A DNA stretch of 26,396 nucleotides from positions 1 to 26,396 of IMG/VR virus record IMGVR_UViG_3300020043_006997; one strand, written 5' to 3'. Each line of letters begins with the position of its first letter. Position 1 is the stretch's first letter. The stretch comes from a virus. Taxonomy: Duplodnaviria > Caudoviricetes. Shown piece after piece: positions 8,149-18,879 of this stretch. The notes under the pieces were generated by a model. That model did no database searches and was not told where the DNA came from. It saw only the letters and a list, made by a program, of their open reading frames with translations. Made by a program: the position numbers and the translations under genes.

Positions 8149-8652
8149 ATGGCTGTTCAACCTGTAAAGTTTATAGCATTAACCGAGGAGTTAGAACAAG
8201 TAGCTCTTGATTTTCAAAAGTATGCCCAGCTTACTCTTGAAAAAAACGGTAATGTTATTACAGGTAGATTAAAAAACTCTATTAAAGCACAACCTGCTAT
8301 TGTAGAACCAAACAGAATAGTGGTACCTATTACCATGTTAAAATACGGTGAATACGTAGATGATGGAGCAGAACGTGGTAGAGGAGGACAACCCCCAGTT
8401 CAAGCAATAAAACAATGGATTCAACTAAAACGTATTACCCCACCTAAAGGATTTACTGTAGAACAGTTTGCTTGGGCAGTAGCTAAAAATATTAAAAAGG
8501 GAGGACAACGTTTCCGTAAGGCATACCCATTTATTCAACCAGCATTAAACTATACAATAGAAAAAAATCTACAAGGTATTGCAACCGCAGCAGCAGTAGA
8601 TATAACATTTAGTCTACAGCAATCAATAAACAAATCAGCAGCATTAAAGTAA
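8149..8652 (+). CDS. Neck/tail completion protein (HK97 gp10-like)
   Basis: TGRLKNSI...YGEYVDDG...PP...IKQWI...AYPFIQPAL motifs. Confidence 0.65.
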   Translation: MAVQPVKFIALTEELEQVALDFQKYAQLTLEKNGNVITGRLKNSIKAQPAIVEPNRIVVPITMLKYGEYVDDGAERGRGGQPPVQAIKQWIQLKRITPPKGFTVEQFAWAVAKNIKKGGQRFRKAYPFIQPALNYTIEKNLQGIATAAAVDITFSLQQSINKSAALK

Positions 8653-8653
8653 G

Positions 8654-10009
8654 ATGGCTATTACAATAAACCAATCTCCAACTACTCCTAATATGGCAAA
8701 CAATAATCTTGTTTATGCCGTATCTTCTAACTCAGCATCAGCAGCTCAGTTTCAATATGTTGCTGACCTAACTTATAGTGGTTCAACTACAGTATTACAA
8801 AGGATCAAACAACAACCTAACCCAAGCAGTTATGGTGTGTTTGATTTGGGGCAAATCGTTTCTAACTACTTAGATAGCGATAATAGCTGGAAAGCAGCTC
8901 CATTTGTTACCTCATCAACAGTTGCAAAACGTTTCCAAGTTAGATTTGGAGAAGAATATGCCTCATCTATTTCTGGTTCTCCAGTACTTTATACGGGTAA
9001 TGCCTCAATCACAGGTTCACCTGCTGTAACTGCTTCTTCATACATTTATATTGCTAATGGTTTAGTTGATCCAAACGATAAGATAAACTGGAACTGGCCG
9101 TCTGCCTCATATTATGTTAATACTACTGTTTCTACTGCAGGAACATTTAGTTATCAACACGCGTTAACTAACGCGCCCTATACTCAAAGCATACAGAATG
9201 GTGAGTATGCAACTATCTCGCTTATAAACGGAAACTTCAACGGTTCTACAACCGCAGCACAAGACATTTATGCTGTACAAGTTACTGTTTATGATGCTTC
9301 TAACAATCAGTTAGATCAATATGATTTAGTAAACATTGTAAACCAAGGAGGAGGACCACGTACATTAACTACTCAACTATGGAGTGCTGTAGCAGCCAAC
9401 CAAACAGAAAAAACTCAACTAGTAACAGTAGGAATAGGACCTCAAAACTTAGCTGATGATGGTAATACTTTAGCATCTAACTGGGCTTACTATACAGTTA
9501 AAGCATTAGGACAACAAGCATCAAATACAATAAATGCAAGTGGTAGTTATGCTTCATTTAGATTTAATAAACAAGATCCACGTTGTGGATACAATGGAGT
9601 TAGATTTGCTTGGAAGAATGAGTTTGGTGTTTGGGATTATTTTACATTCACTTTAGATGATAGTACTAATGTAAACATAGAACGCAATGATTACGAACAA
9701 TCATTTGTACCATTTAATACAAGCAATCCCACAGCAGCATATAATAAAGAACGTAGAGGATTTACTCAGTTCTTCAATAAGTTAACACAAGTTCAAACTG
9801 CAAATAGTGATTGGTTAACACAAAGTGAAGCTGATTGGTTAAAAGAGTTATTCTTTTCAGCTAACGTGTTTCAACAAGTTAATAATAACTTCTTTCCTAT
9901 AGTCATTACATCTGCTAATCTTGTAGAAAAGAAAAACCCACGTACCCAAAAACTATTCCAATACGTTATTGAGTTCCAGCCTGCTAACCAGCCAAACGCC
10001 CGTCTATGA
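8654..10009 (+). CDS. Tail tip/baseplate structural protein
   Basis: 451 aa, beta-rich; C-terminal WKNEFGVWDYFTF...NSDWL...LKELFFS; ATGA-coupled to the large tail gene. Confidence 0.55.
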   Translation: MAITINQSPTTPNMANNNLVYAVSSNSASAAQFQYVADLTYSGSTTVLQRIKQQPNPSSYGVFDLGQIVSNYLDSDNSWKAAPFVTSSTVAKRFQVRFGEEYASSISGSPVLYTGNASITGSPAVTASSYIYIANGLVDPNDKINWNWPSASYYVNTTVSTAGTFSYQHALTNAPYTQSIQNGEYATISLINGNFNGSTTAAQDIYAVQVTVYDASNNQLDQYDLVNIVNQGGGPRTLTTQLWSAVAANQTEKTQLVTVGIGPQNLADDGNTLASNWAYYTVKALGQQASNTINASGSYASFRFNKQDPRCGYNGVRFAWKNEFGVWDYFTFTLDDSTNVNIERNDYEQSFVPFNTSNPTAAYNKERRGFTQFFNKLTQVQTANSDWLTQSEADWLKELFFSANVFQQVNNNFFPIVITSANLVEKKNPRTQKLFQYVIEFQPANQPNARL

Positions 10010-13000
10010 TAATATTACGCCTTACCAATAATAATAATCAGGTAGTTGATTTACAACCTCTTGAGGATATTGATCTTAGGTTAGACATTTCAGCCATTGA
10101 AAACACTGAAATCGGTGTTTCATTTGGTATTTCATCTCAAGAGTTTTCTATAGCTGGAGATAATGCTGCTAACCAGTTTTTTGGTAATCTGTACAACTTA
10201 GGAGCTACACCCGCTGTAGCACTACAAAATAGTGTTGACTGTCAAGTATTAACTGATGGTCAAGAGGTATTTACAGGTAAACTCTATATCCGCAATATTG
10301 TTACTGATCAAGAGGGTTATACGATTTACAACGTAGTTGTGGTCAATGAGACCATTGATTTCAAATATCGTATTCAAAACTTATCACTAAATGATCCTAA
10401 GTTTGATTGGAGTGCTTATGACCATACTTTTACAGCAGCAAACGTTACTGGTTCTTGGGTAGGTAATCTAAAAAGTGGTAGTATTGTTTACCCACACGTA
10501 AACTATGGTCAACCTGAGGGTGATACAACAGCACCTAACTATGCTTTTGCTGGATTGAATACGTCAGCACGACTTGAAAATACAATAGATAACTTTAATA
10601 CTCCTTTACGTTTACAAGATTTCAAACCTGCTATTAAACTTAAAGATGTTGTAGATGTTATTTTTGCTGGTACAGGAAATAGTGGTAGTATTGGTTATCA
10701 ATACACCTCATCATTTTTAAATAGTTCATATTTTAATAATCTATATCTGTTAACTACAGCAGATGATTCGTTAGGACCTTCAAATAATAACCCTATATCA
10801 CAAAGTGCTTGGGTTTATCGTTCAGGTTCAACTCAAACTACTTTAGGTACTGCTACTACAACTGTTGATTTTAATGCTAAATCATACGATAATAGTAACA
10901 ACTATAACTTAGGAACAGACCAATATACTGCTGATAGTAGTGGTTCTTATGTATTTACAGCACAACTTACTTACACTATCCAAAACTGGACATCTAATCC
11001 TAATACTTCAGTTAACTTAAGATTTACTAAAAACGGTAGCCCTATAGTAGCAAGTACAGCTACAAGATTTAATCCATTTAGTACTACAGGTTCATTATTA
11101 ACCTCATATACTATTCCTTTAGATACGGGTGATACTGTTGGTCTTCAAATGTTTTTTAGTGGTGAACTTGGTAAAAACCTAGTAGCACATCCAGGCGAAC
11201 TTAATACTTGGATGAATGTAAGAGGTCCTGCTACTGTATTAGGAGGCAATGTTAATATACGTCAACAGTTTCCTGATGATCTAAAAGCATTAGATGTTAT
11301 TCAAGCACTTATTGAAAAGTTTAACTTAGTAATAGAACCAATCCCTAATCAACCTAACTTATTACGTATTGAACCTTACGATGATTGGACTGATTTAGGT
11401 ACTCAAGTAGACTGGACTAATAAAGTAGATAGAGATACTAAGTTTCAAATATCACATCCTGCTATTGAACAACCCCGCACTATTATCTTTAGTGATGAGG
11501 AAGATGATGATTATCTAAACAAATATACTTCTCAAACATTTGGTAAAATATATGGTCAGTACATTTATACTGCTGATAGTGATTTGCCTGAAGGGGAAAG
11601 ACGTATTGGTAAACTATTTGCCTCTACGCCTACAACTAATATTCCTAACTCTACTGCATTTATTATTCCTCATCTTTGTACTAAAAATATTGGTGCAAAT
11701 GAAACTTATAAACCTATAACATTTAAACCTAGATTGTTATATGGTATTGGTTCTAAAACTGTAGAATCATCAGCTGCTGGTTTTTCAGGAAGTGCTGCCT
11801 TAACTGGTTCATACTTTTTAAGAGACGAAACTGGAAATGTAACAAGACAAACTACTTGGTATCAGGTATCTTCACTAAGTGAAATGCCTATTACAGGTTC
11901 AGCTTTTGATTTACACTTTAATAATAATAACCAAGGTAAAGGTGCTATTCCTCCTTATTGGTCTAATGTAGTACCTAATGGTTCAAACTTTATTACAGGT
12001 TCAGGTGATGCCTTTACAACATATTGGGCTAACTACATTAATGGTCTTTATGATGTTGATGCTCGTAAGCTTACTTGTAACGTATACTTAAAACCAACTG
12101 AGATACCTGATATTGCTCTTAACAACAAAATCTTTATTGATGGTCAATACTACCGTATTAATAAAATCAATGGTGCTAATCTAACCCGTAGAGATTCAGT
12201 TGAAGTAGAACTTATTAAAACTGTAGCTCGTAAACTCACTTTCCCTCGTAGACGAGTTACAACTACAACTGATATTGGAAGAGATGTTATTTTTGGAGGT
12301 TATAATCGAAATGGAACAGGTAGATACGTTGATTATAATACTGGGGCTACTATTGAGGATGAAAATCTATTAAGACAAGCAGCTCAACTAGATGGTTATA
12401 GAGTATACTCTTCAGGTTCAGGTACTGGTTCTGTTGTATGGAACTATAGTGAAGCCGTTATTCCAGCTTTACAACAAAATATTGTTGGTACAAACGAGGT
12501 ATCAGTTGATTCATCTAAAGTATCTGTTATAGGCAGCCAAAACACAGTTGGTGCCTCAGTATCTACTGTTACTGCTATTGGTCAATACAATAATGTTGAA
12601 CAAAACGTAACTAATGCTTTTGTATTAGGACAAGAAAACACTATTGGACAACAAGCTGTTAACACACATATTATCGGTGGTTTAGGAAACTATACTTCAG
12701 GAAGTATGATTGGTACTACTATTATTGGAGGTTCCGGTTCTTACGCGGTTAATAGCGATTATTCTATGTTAATCAATGGAGAAATCGCTGCAGTAAGAGA
12801 TAGCGATTATACCACAGTAATAAACGGCCATCAAAACGAAGTAGTAATAAATGGTAGTGGTCATACTGTTATTGGACTTAACTTAGAAGGTGGTGGTTTA
12901 GATTTACTTAATACTCGTAATAACTCAAACTGGTTAGGAGATACTTATTTTGGCGAATCTATCTTTAGAGATAGAGTACAACTTGAATGTGGTGATGGTA

Positions 13001-15063
13001 CTAACATTTCATTAACTGGTAGTTTACAAGGACAAGGTAGACACGAGAACCTATACATTCTAAACTGGAGTGGTTTATCTCCAGGTACAACAAATATTCA
13101 GCTACCAAATGCTGTAAATAACGATTACGAAAATATTGTTTATCAGTTTCAGGCAAATAATACGTTTGATGGAACTACAACTGTTAACTTTACAGGATTT
13201 AGTGGACAAACACTTAATGGTGCTGCTACTTACTCATTATCAGATGCTTATGATGGTGTAACATTTACTACCACTGGTTCAGGATGGGTGATTTTATCAG
13301 GTGCAAGTACTTCACAAGCATCTTATTTGTCAGCATACAATAGCTCAAGTATTACTACTACTGTAAACGTATCTGCTTCAGTACAACTACCAAGTATTGA
13401 TTTAGCACAAAATATATCTGTTGTATCTGGTTCTAGGATTACTTTTGATAAAGCAGGAGTATACGATATTCAGTTTAGTGCACAACTAGTTAAAACAACA
13501 GCTACTAACGCTCCAATATTCATTTGGATAAGAAAAAATGGAACTGATGTTGCTTGGACAAATACAGAATATATTGTACCTGGTAATGCAAACGATGAGA
13601 TAGTATTAGCTTGGAACTGGTATGTTGAAGCCCAGTCAGGTGATTACTATGAGATAATGTATGTTGACCAACAAGGTAACGTAACATTTACAGCAAAAAC
13701 AGGTACAGTAGGACCAGATATCCCTTCATGGATTGTAACAGTAGGTTCTATTGGAGGAGGTAGTGCTTATATTTCAGGTTCAGGTGGTGGAGGAGCTACT
13801 TTCCCATATACTGGTTCTGCTGTTATTACAGGTTCATTATTAGTAACTGGTAGTTTAAGGGGTAATGTCACTACAATGACTATTACCAATAACACTGCCT
13901 CAATGGATTTATCTAAAGGTAATGCATTCTACCTATTTTTAAATACTGCTTCAGTATTAATAACTGGTTCAAATATATTACCTAACCAACACGTAAGTTT
14001 GTTTGTGTCACAAAGTGGCAATAATAACTTATACTTTGATAATAGTTTCTATTTTGGAACTCCTTATACAGCATCACAAACCGCAGGTGCTAAAGACATT
14101 TTAACATTTGAAACTTATACTGTTAATCCAGGAGCATTCTTAAACACAGGTATTACATACAATCTAGTATCACAAAGTGGTGCTCCTCTTCCTGTTGCTT
14201 ACCCTTCAGCCTCTGGTGGTATAGAACAAATCTCAGGTAGCTTTAGAATCCACAAGTTTACCTCATCTGCTGATTTTACAGTTCATACTACTGGTTCTTC
14301 TCCTAATAATGGATTTGAAGTATTAGTTGTAGCTGGAGGAGGCGGTGGTGGTTCTCGTGCTGGTGGAGGTGGAGGAGCTGGTGGAGTTGTTTACATGACA
14401 TCTTCAGTAAGTAGCTTTACTGCCCCTACAACTTACAAAATGACTGTAGGTGCTGGTGGTGCAGGTGCTATTGATGGTGTTACAGGTAGAGGTGCTAGTG
14501 GTAATGACTCTTCTATTACTTCTTCTTTAGCTACAATCCTTATTGCTAAAGGAGGAGGTGGAGGTGGAGGTTATCCTTACGCAAGTGATGGTGATGGAGG
14601 AAATGGTGGCTCTGGAGGTGGAGGTCAATCTTACTCTTCTACAGTAACAGCTACTGAAACTCAAACCTCACAAACTGGTAACTCAGGTTTATATGGCTAT
14701 GGAAATGACGGAGCACCTGCTACTACTGCTGGAGGTATTGGTGGTGGAGGTGGAGGCGCTGGAGTAGCTCCTTCAGGAACCCCAAATGCTGATTCTTACA
14801 TTAATGGTGGAGACGGTATACAAGTTAATATTTCTGGTTCCTTCTATGTTGGAGGAGGCGGAGGCGGAGGCGATGATTGCGTTGCTATAGATGTTGGATT
14901 AGGAGGAGCAGGTGGAGGAGCCGCTGGTGGATTATGTAATGCTACTGGTAATAATGCTACAGCTAATACAGGTGGCGGTGGCGGCGGAGGCGGAGGTGAT
15001 TTCCGAAGCGGTGGAAACGGAGGCTCTGGTCTAATAATAGTAAAATACAAATATCAAGCATAA
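10006..15063 (+). CDS. Large tail tip/fibre protein (hub-like N-terminus, beta-helix middle, glycine-rich C-terminus)
   Basis: 1685 aa; N-terminal baseplate-like region ending IFIDGQYYRINKI...VEVELIK; VIG..N.VG repeats; C-terminal glycine-rich domain. Confidence 0.75.
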   Translation: MIILRLTNNNNQVVDLQPLEDIDLRLDISAIENTEIGVSFGISSQEFSIAGDNAANQFFGNLYNLGATPAVALQNSVDCQVLTDGQEVFTGKLYIRNIVTDQEGYTIYNVVVVNETIDFKYRIQNLSLNDPKFDWSAYDHTFTAANVTGSWVGNLKSGSIVYPHVNYGQPEGDTTAPNYAFAGLNTSARLENTIDNFNTPLRLQDFKPAIKLKDVVDVIFAGTGNSGSIGYQYTSSFLNSSYFNNLYLLTTADDSLGPSNNNPISQSAWVYRSGSTQTTLGTATTTVDFNAKSYDNSNNYNLGTDQYTADSSGSYVFTAQLTYTIQNWTSNPNTSVNLRFTKNGSPIVASTATRFNPFSTTGSLLTSYTIPLDTGDTVGLQMFFSGELGKNLVAHPGELNTWMNVRGPATVLGGNVNIRQQFPDDLKALDVIQALIEKFNLVIEPIPNQPNLLRIEPYDDWTDLGTQVDWTNKVDRDTKFQISHPAIEQPRTIIFSDEEDDDYLNKYTSQTFGKIYGQYIYTADSDLPEGERRIGKLFASTPTTNIPNSTAFIIPHLCTKNIGANETYKPITFKPRLLYGIGSKTVESSAAGFSGSAALTGSYFLRDETGNVTRQTTWYQVSSLSEMPITGSAFDLHFNNNNQGKGAIPPYWSNVVPNGSNFITGSGDAFTTYWANYINGLYDVDARKLTCNVYLKPTEIPDIALNNKIFIDGQYYRINKINGANLTRRDSVEVELIKTVARKLTFPRRRVTTTTDIGRDVIFGGYNRNGTGRYVDYNTGATIEDENLLRQAAQLDGYRVYSSGSGTGSVVWNYSEAVIPALQQNIVGTNEVSVDSSKVSVIGSQNTVGASVSTVTAIGQYNNVEQNVTNAFVLGQENTIGQQAVNTHIIGGLGNYTSGSMIGTTIIGGSGSYAVNSDYSMLINGEIAAVRDSDYTTVINGHQNEVVINGSGHTVIGLNLEGGGLDLLNTRNNSNWLGDTYFGESIFRDRVQLECGDGTNISLTGSLQGQGRHENLYILNWSGLSPGTTNIQLPNAVNNDYENIVYQFQANNTFDGTTTVNFTGFSGQTLNGAATYSLSDAYDGVTFTTTGSGWVILSGASTSQASYLSAYNSSSITTTVNVSASVQLPSIDLAQNISVVSGSRITFDKAGVYDIQFSAQLVKTTATNAPIFIWIRKNGTDVAWTNTEYIVPGNANDEIVLAWNWYVEAQSGDYYEIMYVDQQGNVTFTAKTGTVGPDIPSWIVTVGSIGGGSAYISGSGGGGATFPYTGSAVITGSLLVTGSLRGNVTTMTITNNTASMDLSKGNAFYLFLNTASVLITGSNILPNQHVSLFVSQSGNNNLYFDNSFYFGTPYTASQTAGAKDILTFETYTVNPGAFLNTGITYNLVSQSGAPLPVAYPSASGGIEQISGSFRIHKFTSSADFTVHTTGSSPNNGFEVLVVAGGGGGGSRAGGGGGAGGVVYMTSSVSSFTAPTTYKMTVGAGGAGAIDGVTGRGASGNDSSITSSLATILIAKGGGGGGGYPYASDGDGGNGGSGGGGQSYSSTVTATETQTSQTGNSGLYGYGNDGAPATTAGGIGGGGGGAGVAPSGTPNADSYINGGDGIQVNISGSFYVGGGGGGGDDCVAIDVGLGGAGGGAAGGLCNATGNNATANTGGGGGGGGGDFRSGGNGGSGLIIVKYKYQA

Positions 15064-15332
15064 TGGGATACTTTGCAAGAATAAACCAACGTAGAGAAGT
15101 TATTGAAGTAATCGAGGCAACAGAAGATTACGTTGATAACCTACCTGGTACTTGGTTAGAAACTACCTTAGATGGTTCATTTAGAAAAAACTATGCTGGT
15201 ATAGGCTATACTTATGATTACGCTTTAGATGGCTTTATTCCTCCTAAACCTCACGGAGATAATGTTACATTCTATCCTGAGTTATGTCAGTGGAAAGTAC
15301 CACCAACCCTATCTACTTCAGGTTCATTTTAA
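15063..15332 (+). CDS. Small partner protein of the glycine-rich tail domain
   Basis: MGYFARI...WLET...FRKNYAGIGYTYD...FIPPKP; TAATG-coupled to the tail gene. Confidence 0.6.
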   Translation: MGYFARINQRREVIEVIEATEDYVDNLPGTWLETTLDGSFRKNYAGIGYTYDYALDGFIPPKPHGDNVTFYPELCQWKVPPTLSTSGSF

Positions 15333-15365
15333 AAGACTATACTTAAGTAAAAAGTATTTATTACT

Positions 15366-17093
15366 ATGGCAAACAACGCAACAGCAACAGCTAACGTAAA
15401 CGTAACTACTAATACTTCTCAAGCAGAAGCTCAGATTAATCAACTTGAAGGTTCTATTAAGGTATTAGATGGTGCTGTTAACCTTGTAGGTGGTTCATTA
15501 GAGACAGTAGCAGGTGGGTTAGCTTTAACAGGAGCTTTATCAAAAGAACAAGCAGAACAGTTTGAAGCTGCTGCTATAGGTGCTATTGCATTTGCTGATG
15601 GTGCTAAAAGAACATTAGACGGTGTAGTAAACCTACAAGAAGGATTTAGTAAGTTAGCAGCTAATAGTAAGGCTGCAGCTGCTGCTTCTCGTATTTTAGG
15701 TACCGCAATCAAAGTAGCTACAGGTCCTATTGGTATTGCTGTAGTTGCTATTGGTGCTGTTATTGGTATTTTAGTTAAGTTTAAAGATTCATTAGGTGTA
15801 GTAGGTGATGCTATTGATTTTGTCATTGGTGGTTTTAATAAACTTACAGATGCTATTGGATTAACTGATACCGCTGCTGCCAAAGAAATAGAAACTAATA
15901 AAAAGTTAGTTGAACAACAAGCATTTAGACTTGAGTTATTAAAAGCAGAAGGTGCTGATAGAAAAAAACTCGTAGAAGAAGAACGTAAACTTCTAAAGTT
16001 AAAAGTTGACGCTGAGGTAAAAGGTAGTGAAGAACAGAAAAAAGCTATCCAAGACCTTGCCTTATTTAATGCTAAAGTAAGAGGTGAAAATAAAGAAGCT
16101 GATAAAAAAGCAGCTGAGGAAAGATTAGAAAATAGTAAAGAAGCACAAGAACTATTTAAAGAACAACTACAGAAGTTTGCTGATGAAGAAGCCAATCTAA
16201 AGGCTAAAACTGATGAAGATAAACTTAAGTTAGATTTTGATAGAACTATCCGTGAAATAGATGCTCTAGAACTTAGTGAAAAACAAAAAGCAGAACTACG
16301 TTTACAAGCCGAAGAAAACTATCAAATACAAGTTGGTCAGTTAAAAGAAGACAAACTAAAGGAACAAGCCGAAAAAGAAGCAGCATTACAACTTCAACTT
16401 GATGAAGCACAACGTGAGAGAGATAATCAAAATCTTGTTGATTTTTCTGCTCAGTTAGATGAGATCTACAATCTACAACTTACTGACCAACAACGTTCAC
16501 TTAATGCTGTTCAAGACAAGTATTTTCAGTTAGAACAATACTATAAAGATGATGCTGAAGCGTTAAAGGCTATTGAAATCCAAAAACAAAAGGAAATAAC
16601 AGCTATTACTGAAGCTGAAGAAGCGGCTCGTAGACAAATAATAGGGGGTACTATTGATAATATACAAGGTGCTTTAACAGCATTATTTGGTGAAAACAAA
16701 GCAATCGCATCAGCAAACGTATTGATTGATGCCGCTCAAGCAGCTGTTGGTATCATTAAAAACTCACAATCAACTGGTCCTTTAGCTATTGCTTATCAGG
16801 TATCTCAGTTTGCATTATTAGCAGCTACTACTATAGCATCTTTAAGAGACATTAATAGTGCTCAACCAGGTTCAAGTAAAACCCCAACTATACCATCTCC
16901 ATCTCCAATAGGTGGAGGAGGAGCATTTACAGGTGCTTTACCTGGAACTGGTGGTACTCCTACTACAGGTATTCCTACTGCTGGAGGTGGAAGAACAGAA
17001 CCTATTAGAGCTTATGTTATAGCTCAAGATGTTACAACAGGACAAGAAGCAGATGCTGCTATCAACAGACGTAGACGTTTGGGTGGTGGATAA
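15366..17093 (+). CDS. Tape measure protein
   Basis: Ala-rich helical protein with hydrophobic GPIGIAVVAIGAVIGILV segment, long E/K/Q coiled coil and C-terminal IRAYVIAQDV; preceded by TATTTAT-tact-ATG (15355). Confidence 0.7.
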   Translation: MANNATATANVNVTTNTSQAEAQINQLEGSIKVLDGAVNLVGGSLETVAGGLALTGALSKEQAEQFEAAAIGAIAFADGAKRTLDGVVNLQEGFSKLAANSKAAAAASRILGTAIKVATGPIGIAVVAIGAVIGILVKFKDSLGVVGDAIDFVIGGFNKLTDAIGLTDTAAAKEIETNKKLVEQQAFRLELLKAEGADRKKLVEEERKLLKLKVDAEVKGSEEQKKAIQDLALFNAKVRGENKEADKKAAEERLENSKEAQELFKEQLQKFADEEANLKAKTDEDKLKLDFDRTIREIDALELSEKQKAELRLQAEENYQIQVGQLKEDKLKEQAEKEAALQLQLDEAQRERDNQNLVDFSAQLDEIYNLQLTDQQRSLNAVQDKYFQLEQYYKDDAEALKAIEIQKQKEITAITEAEEAARRQIIGGTIDNIQGALTALFGENKAIASANVLIDAAQAAVGIIKNSQSTGPLAIAYQVSQFALLAATTIASLRDINSAQPGSSKTPTIPSPSPIGGGGAFTGALPGTGGTPTTGIPTAGGGRTEPIRAYVIAQDVTTGQEADAAINRRRRLGGG

Positions 17094-17099
17094 CCATAA

Positions 17100-17117
17100 T
17101 ATTTATTGACATATGAA
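17100..17117 (+). promoter_or_regulatory. Promoter/start element TATTTATTGACATATGAA, copy 2 (head operon)
   Basis: Identical to 6644-6661; includes the ATG at 17113. Confidence 0.65.
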
Positions 17118-18873
17118 AATCGTAAGATTAGAAATAGAGGATGATTCAATCCTATCAGGTATTGATGCTGTAGCATTGGTTGAAAAACCAGCAATCGAGG
17201 AAACATTTTTTGCTTTTAGTGCAGAAAAGTTTGCTGAAACATATTCTGATTATCCTGAAGCAGCAGTTGAAGCCGCTAAACAAGGTATCAAACGTAATGA
17301 AGCAATAGATAATGCTTGTGCTACTCAAGTAGGTAAGGTTAGAGCACAACAACTAGCTAACCGTGAACCTCTATCTTTAGATACAGTACGTAGAATGCGT
17401 GCTTTCCTTATTAGACAAAAAGACAACTATGAGTTAGCTCGTAGTAGAAAAGATTATAATGCTTGTGGGTACATCTCTTATTTGTTATGGGGTGGAGAAG
17501 CAGCATTACCTTGGGCAGAAAAAATATTAAGACAAGCTGGAGAAGAGTTTGCAGAAATAGGACCACGTGGTGGTGTTAAAGAATCACCTAAAGCACCTAA
17601 ATCAGATACACCAAATCCATCACCTAAAGGTGAAGGTACAGCTCGTGGTGAAGCAGGTACAACTCGTGGCGCTGAAGTAGATGCTGCTACAGAAGAATCA
17701 CTAAAGAAAAAAGCAGACGAGTTTAACGAAAAATATAAAGATAAACTAGGATATGGTGCTAACGTAGGTGCTTTAAAATCAGTTTATCAACGTGGTTTAG
17801 GTGCTTATAATACTTCACGTAGCCCAGCTGTAGCAGCAAGAGGAGGAGCAAAACAATGGGCAATGGCTCGCGTTAATGCATTCCTTTATTTACTTAAAGA
17901 AGGTAGACCACAAAATAGAAACTACACTACTGATTACGATTTACTACCTAAAGATCATCCTAAACGTAAGGATTTTAATCAGATATTTGAAACAATGATT
18001 CTAAATAAAATCATAGAAAGTAGAATCTATAATGATAAGTTTTCAATAGCTGGTGCAGGTGCTCCTTTACCATTACCACAAGAGTTACTTATTCCGTTTG
18101 CACAAGAGAAAGTATCGATTGATTATCACGAGGTATTAACTACAGAACGCGGTAAAGAACTCGCACGTAGATTGATTACTGAAGGATATGATGTTCACGT
18201 TATTTCAGCAGGTGAAGATAAAACACCATTTGCTGAAACATTAGCTGAAATAGGTATTCCTATGTCTAAAGCTCACGCTGTAGGAAGTAATAAAAAGAAA
18301 ATCGAACTTATTAAGGAGTTAGGTATCACAAAACATTACGATAATAGTCAAGATGTTATTAATGAACTAGGTGAAATAGGAGTTAAGTTTGAACTCGTAG
18401 TATCAGGTTTACCTAACTACGTTAATGAACCTACAGGCAAACTAACAGTTAATAAAGAAGCATCTTATGGATTTGCTGCTTTAGAAGATAAACAAATGTT
18501 AATAGGTCCATTAATGACTCCAGGTAAGCTAATCTTACGTAAAGACGAGTTTGGAGACCCATATTATGTTTATTTTACAGAAGATACTATCCAACAAATC
18601 GCCTATAAGGCAATGGAGGATAAAATCATTGATAGAATAAACATTGAACACGATTCAGCTAATCTAGTAGATGATATATTTTTAGCTGAAACTTGGTTAG
18701 TAGAAAATCCTGCAAAAGACAAATCAGTTGATTACGGTTTCTCACCTATTAAGGGTCAGTGGTTTGGTATCTACAAAGTAAATAATGATGAAATCTGGAA
18801 AGACTATATTAAAACTGGTAAAGTAAAAGGATTTAGTGTAGAAGGTTTCTTTAGTGAAAAACTAATAAAATAA
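17113..18873 (+). CDS. XkdF-like prohead serine protease with inserted accessory domains
   Basis: N-terminal GIDAVALVEKPAIE and C-terminal LIGPLMTPGK...INIEH...ETWLV...GQWF...VKGFSVEG; directly upstream of scaffold and capsid. Confidence 0.75.
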   Translation: MKIVRLEIEDDSILSGIDAVALVEKPAIEETFFAFSAEKFAETYSDYPEAAVEAAKQGIKRNEAIDNACATQVGKVRAQQLANREPLSLDTVRRMRAFLIRQKDNYELARSRKDYNACGYISYLLWGGEAALPWAEKILRQAGEEFAEIGPRGGVKESPKAPKSDTPNPSPKGEGTARGEAGTTRGAEVDAATEESLKKKADEFNEKYKDKLGYGANVGALKSVYQRGLGAYNTSRSPAVAARGGAKQWAMARVNAFLYLLKEGRPQNRNYTTDYDLLPKDHPKRKDFNQIFETMILNKIIESRIYNDKFSIAGAGAPLPLPQELLIPFAQEKVSIDYHEVLTTERGKELARRLITEGYDVHVISAGEDKTPFAETLAEIGIPMSKAHAVGSNKKKIELIKELGITKHYDNSQDVINELGEIGVKFELVVSGLPNYVNEPTGKLTVNKEASYGFAALEDKQMLIGPLMTPGKLILRKDEFGDPYYVYFTEDTIQQIAYKAMEDKIIDRINIEHDSANLVDDIFLAETWLVENPAKDKSVDYGFSPIKGQWFGIYKVNNDEIWKDYIKTGKVKGFSVEGFFSEKLIK

Positions 18874-18879
18874 AATATT

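Noticed and set aside
14330-15030. GGN repeats as CRISPR/VNTR, and poly-Pro antisense ORF 14844..15050
   Set aside because: These are poly-Gly codons with varying third positions, with no repeat-spacer structure.
15440-16195. 251-aa minus-strand ORF
   Set aside because: Antisense shadow of the Ala/Glu/Lys-rich tape measure gene; low-complexity product, no promoter motif noticed.
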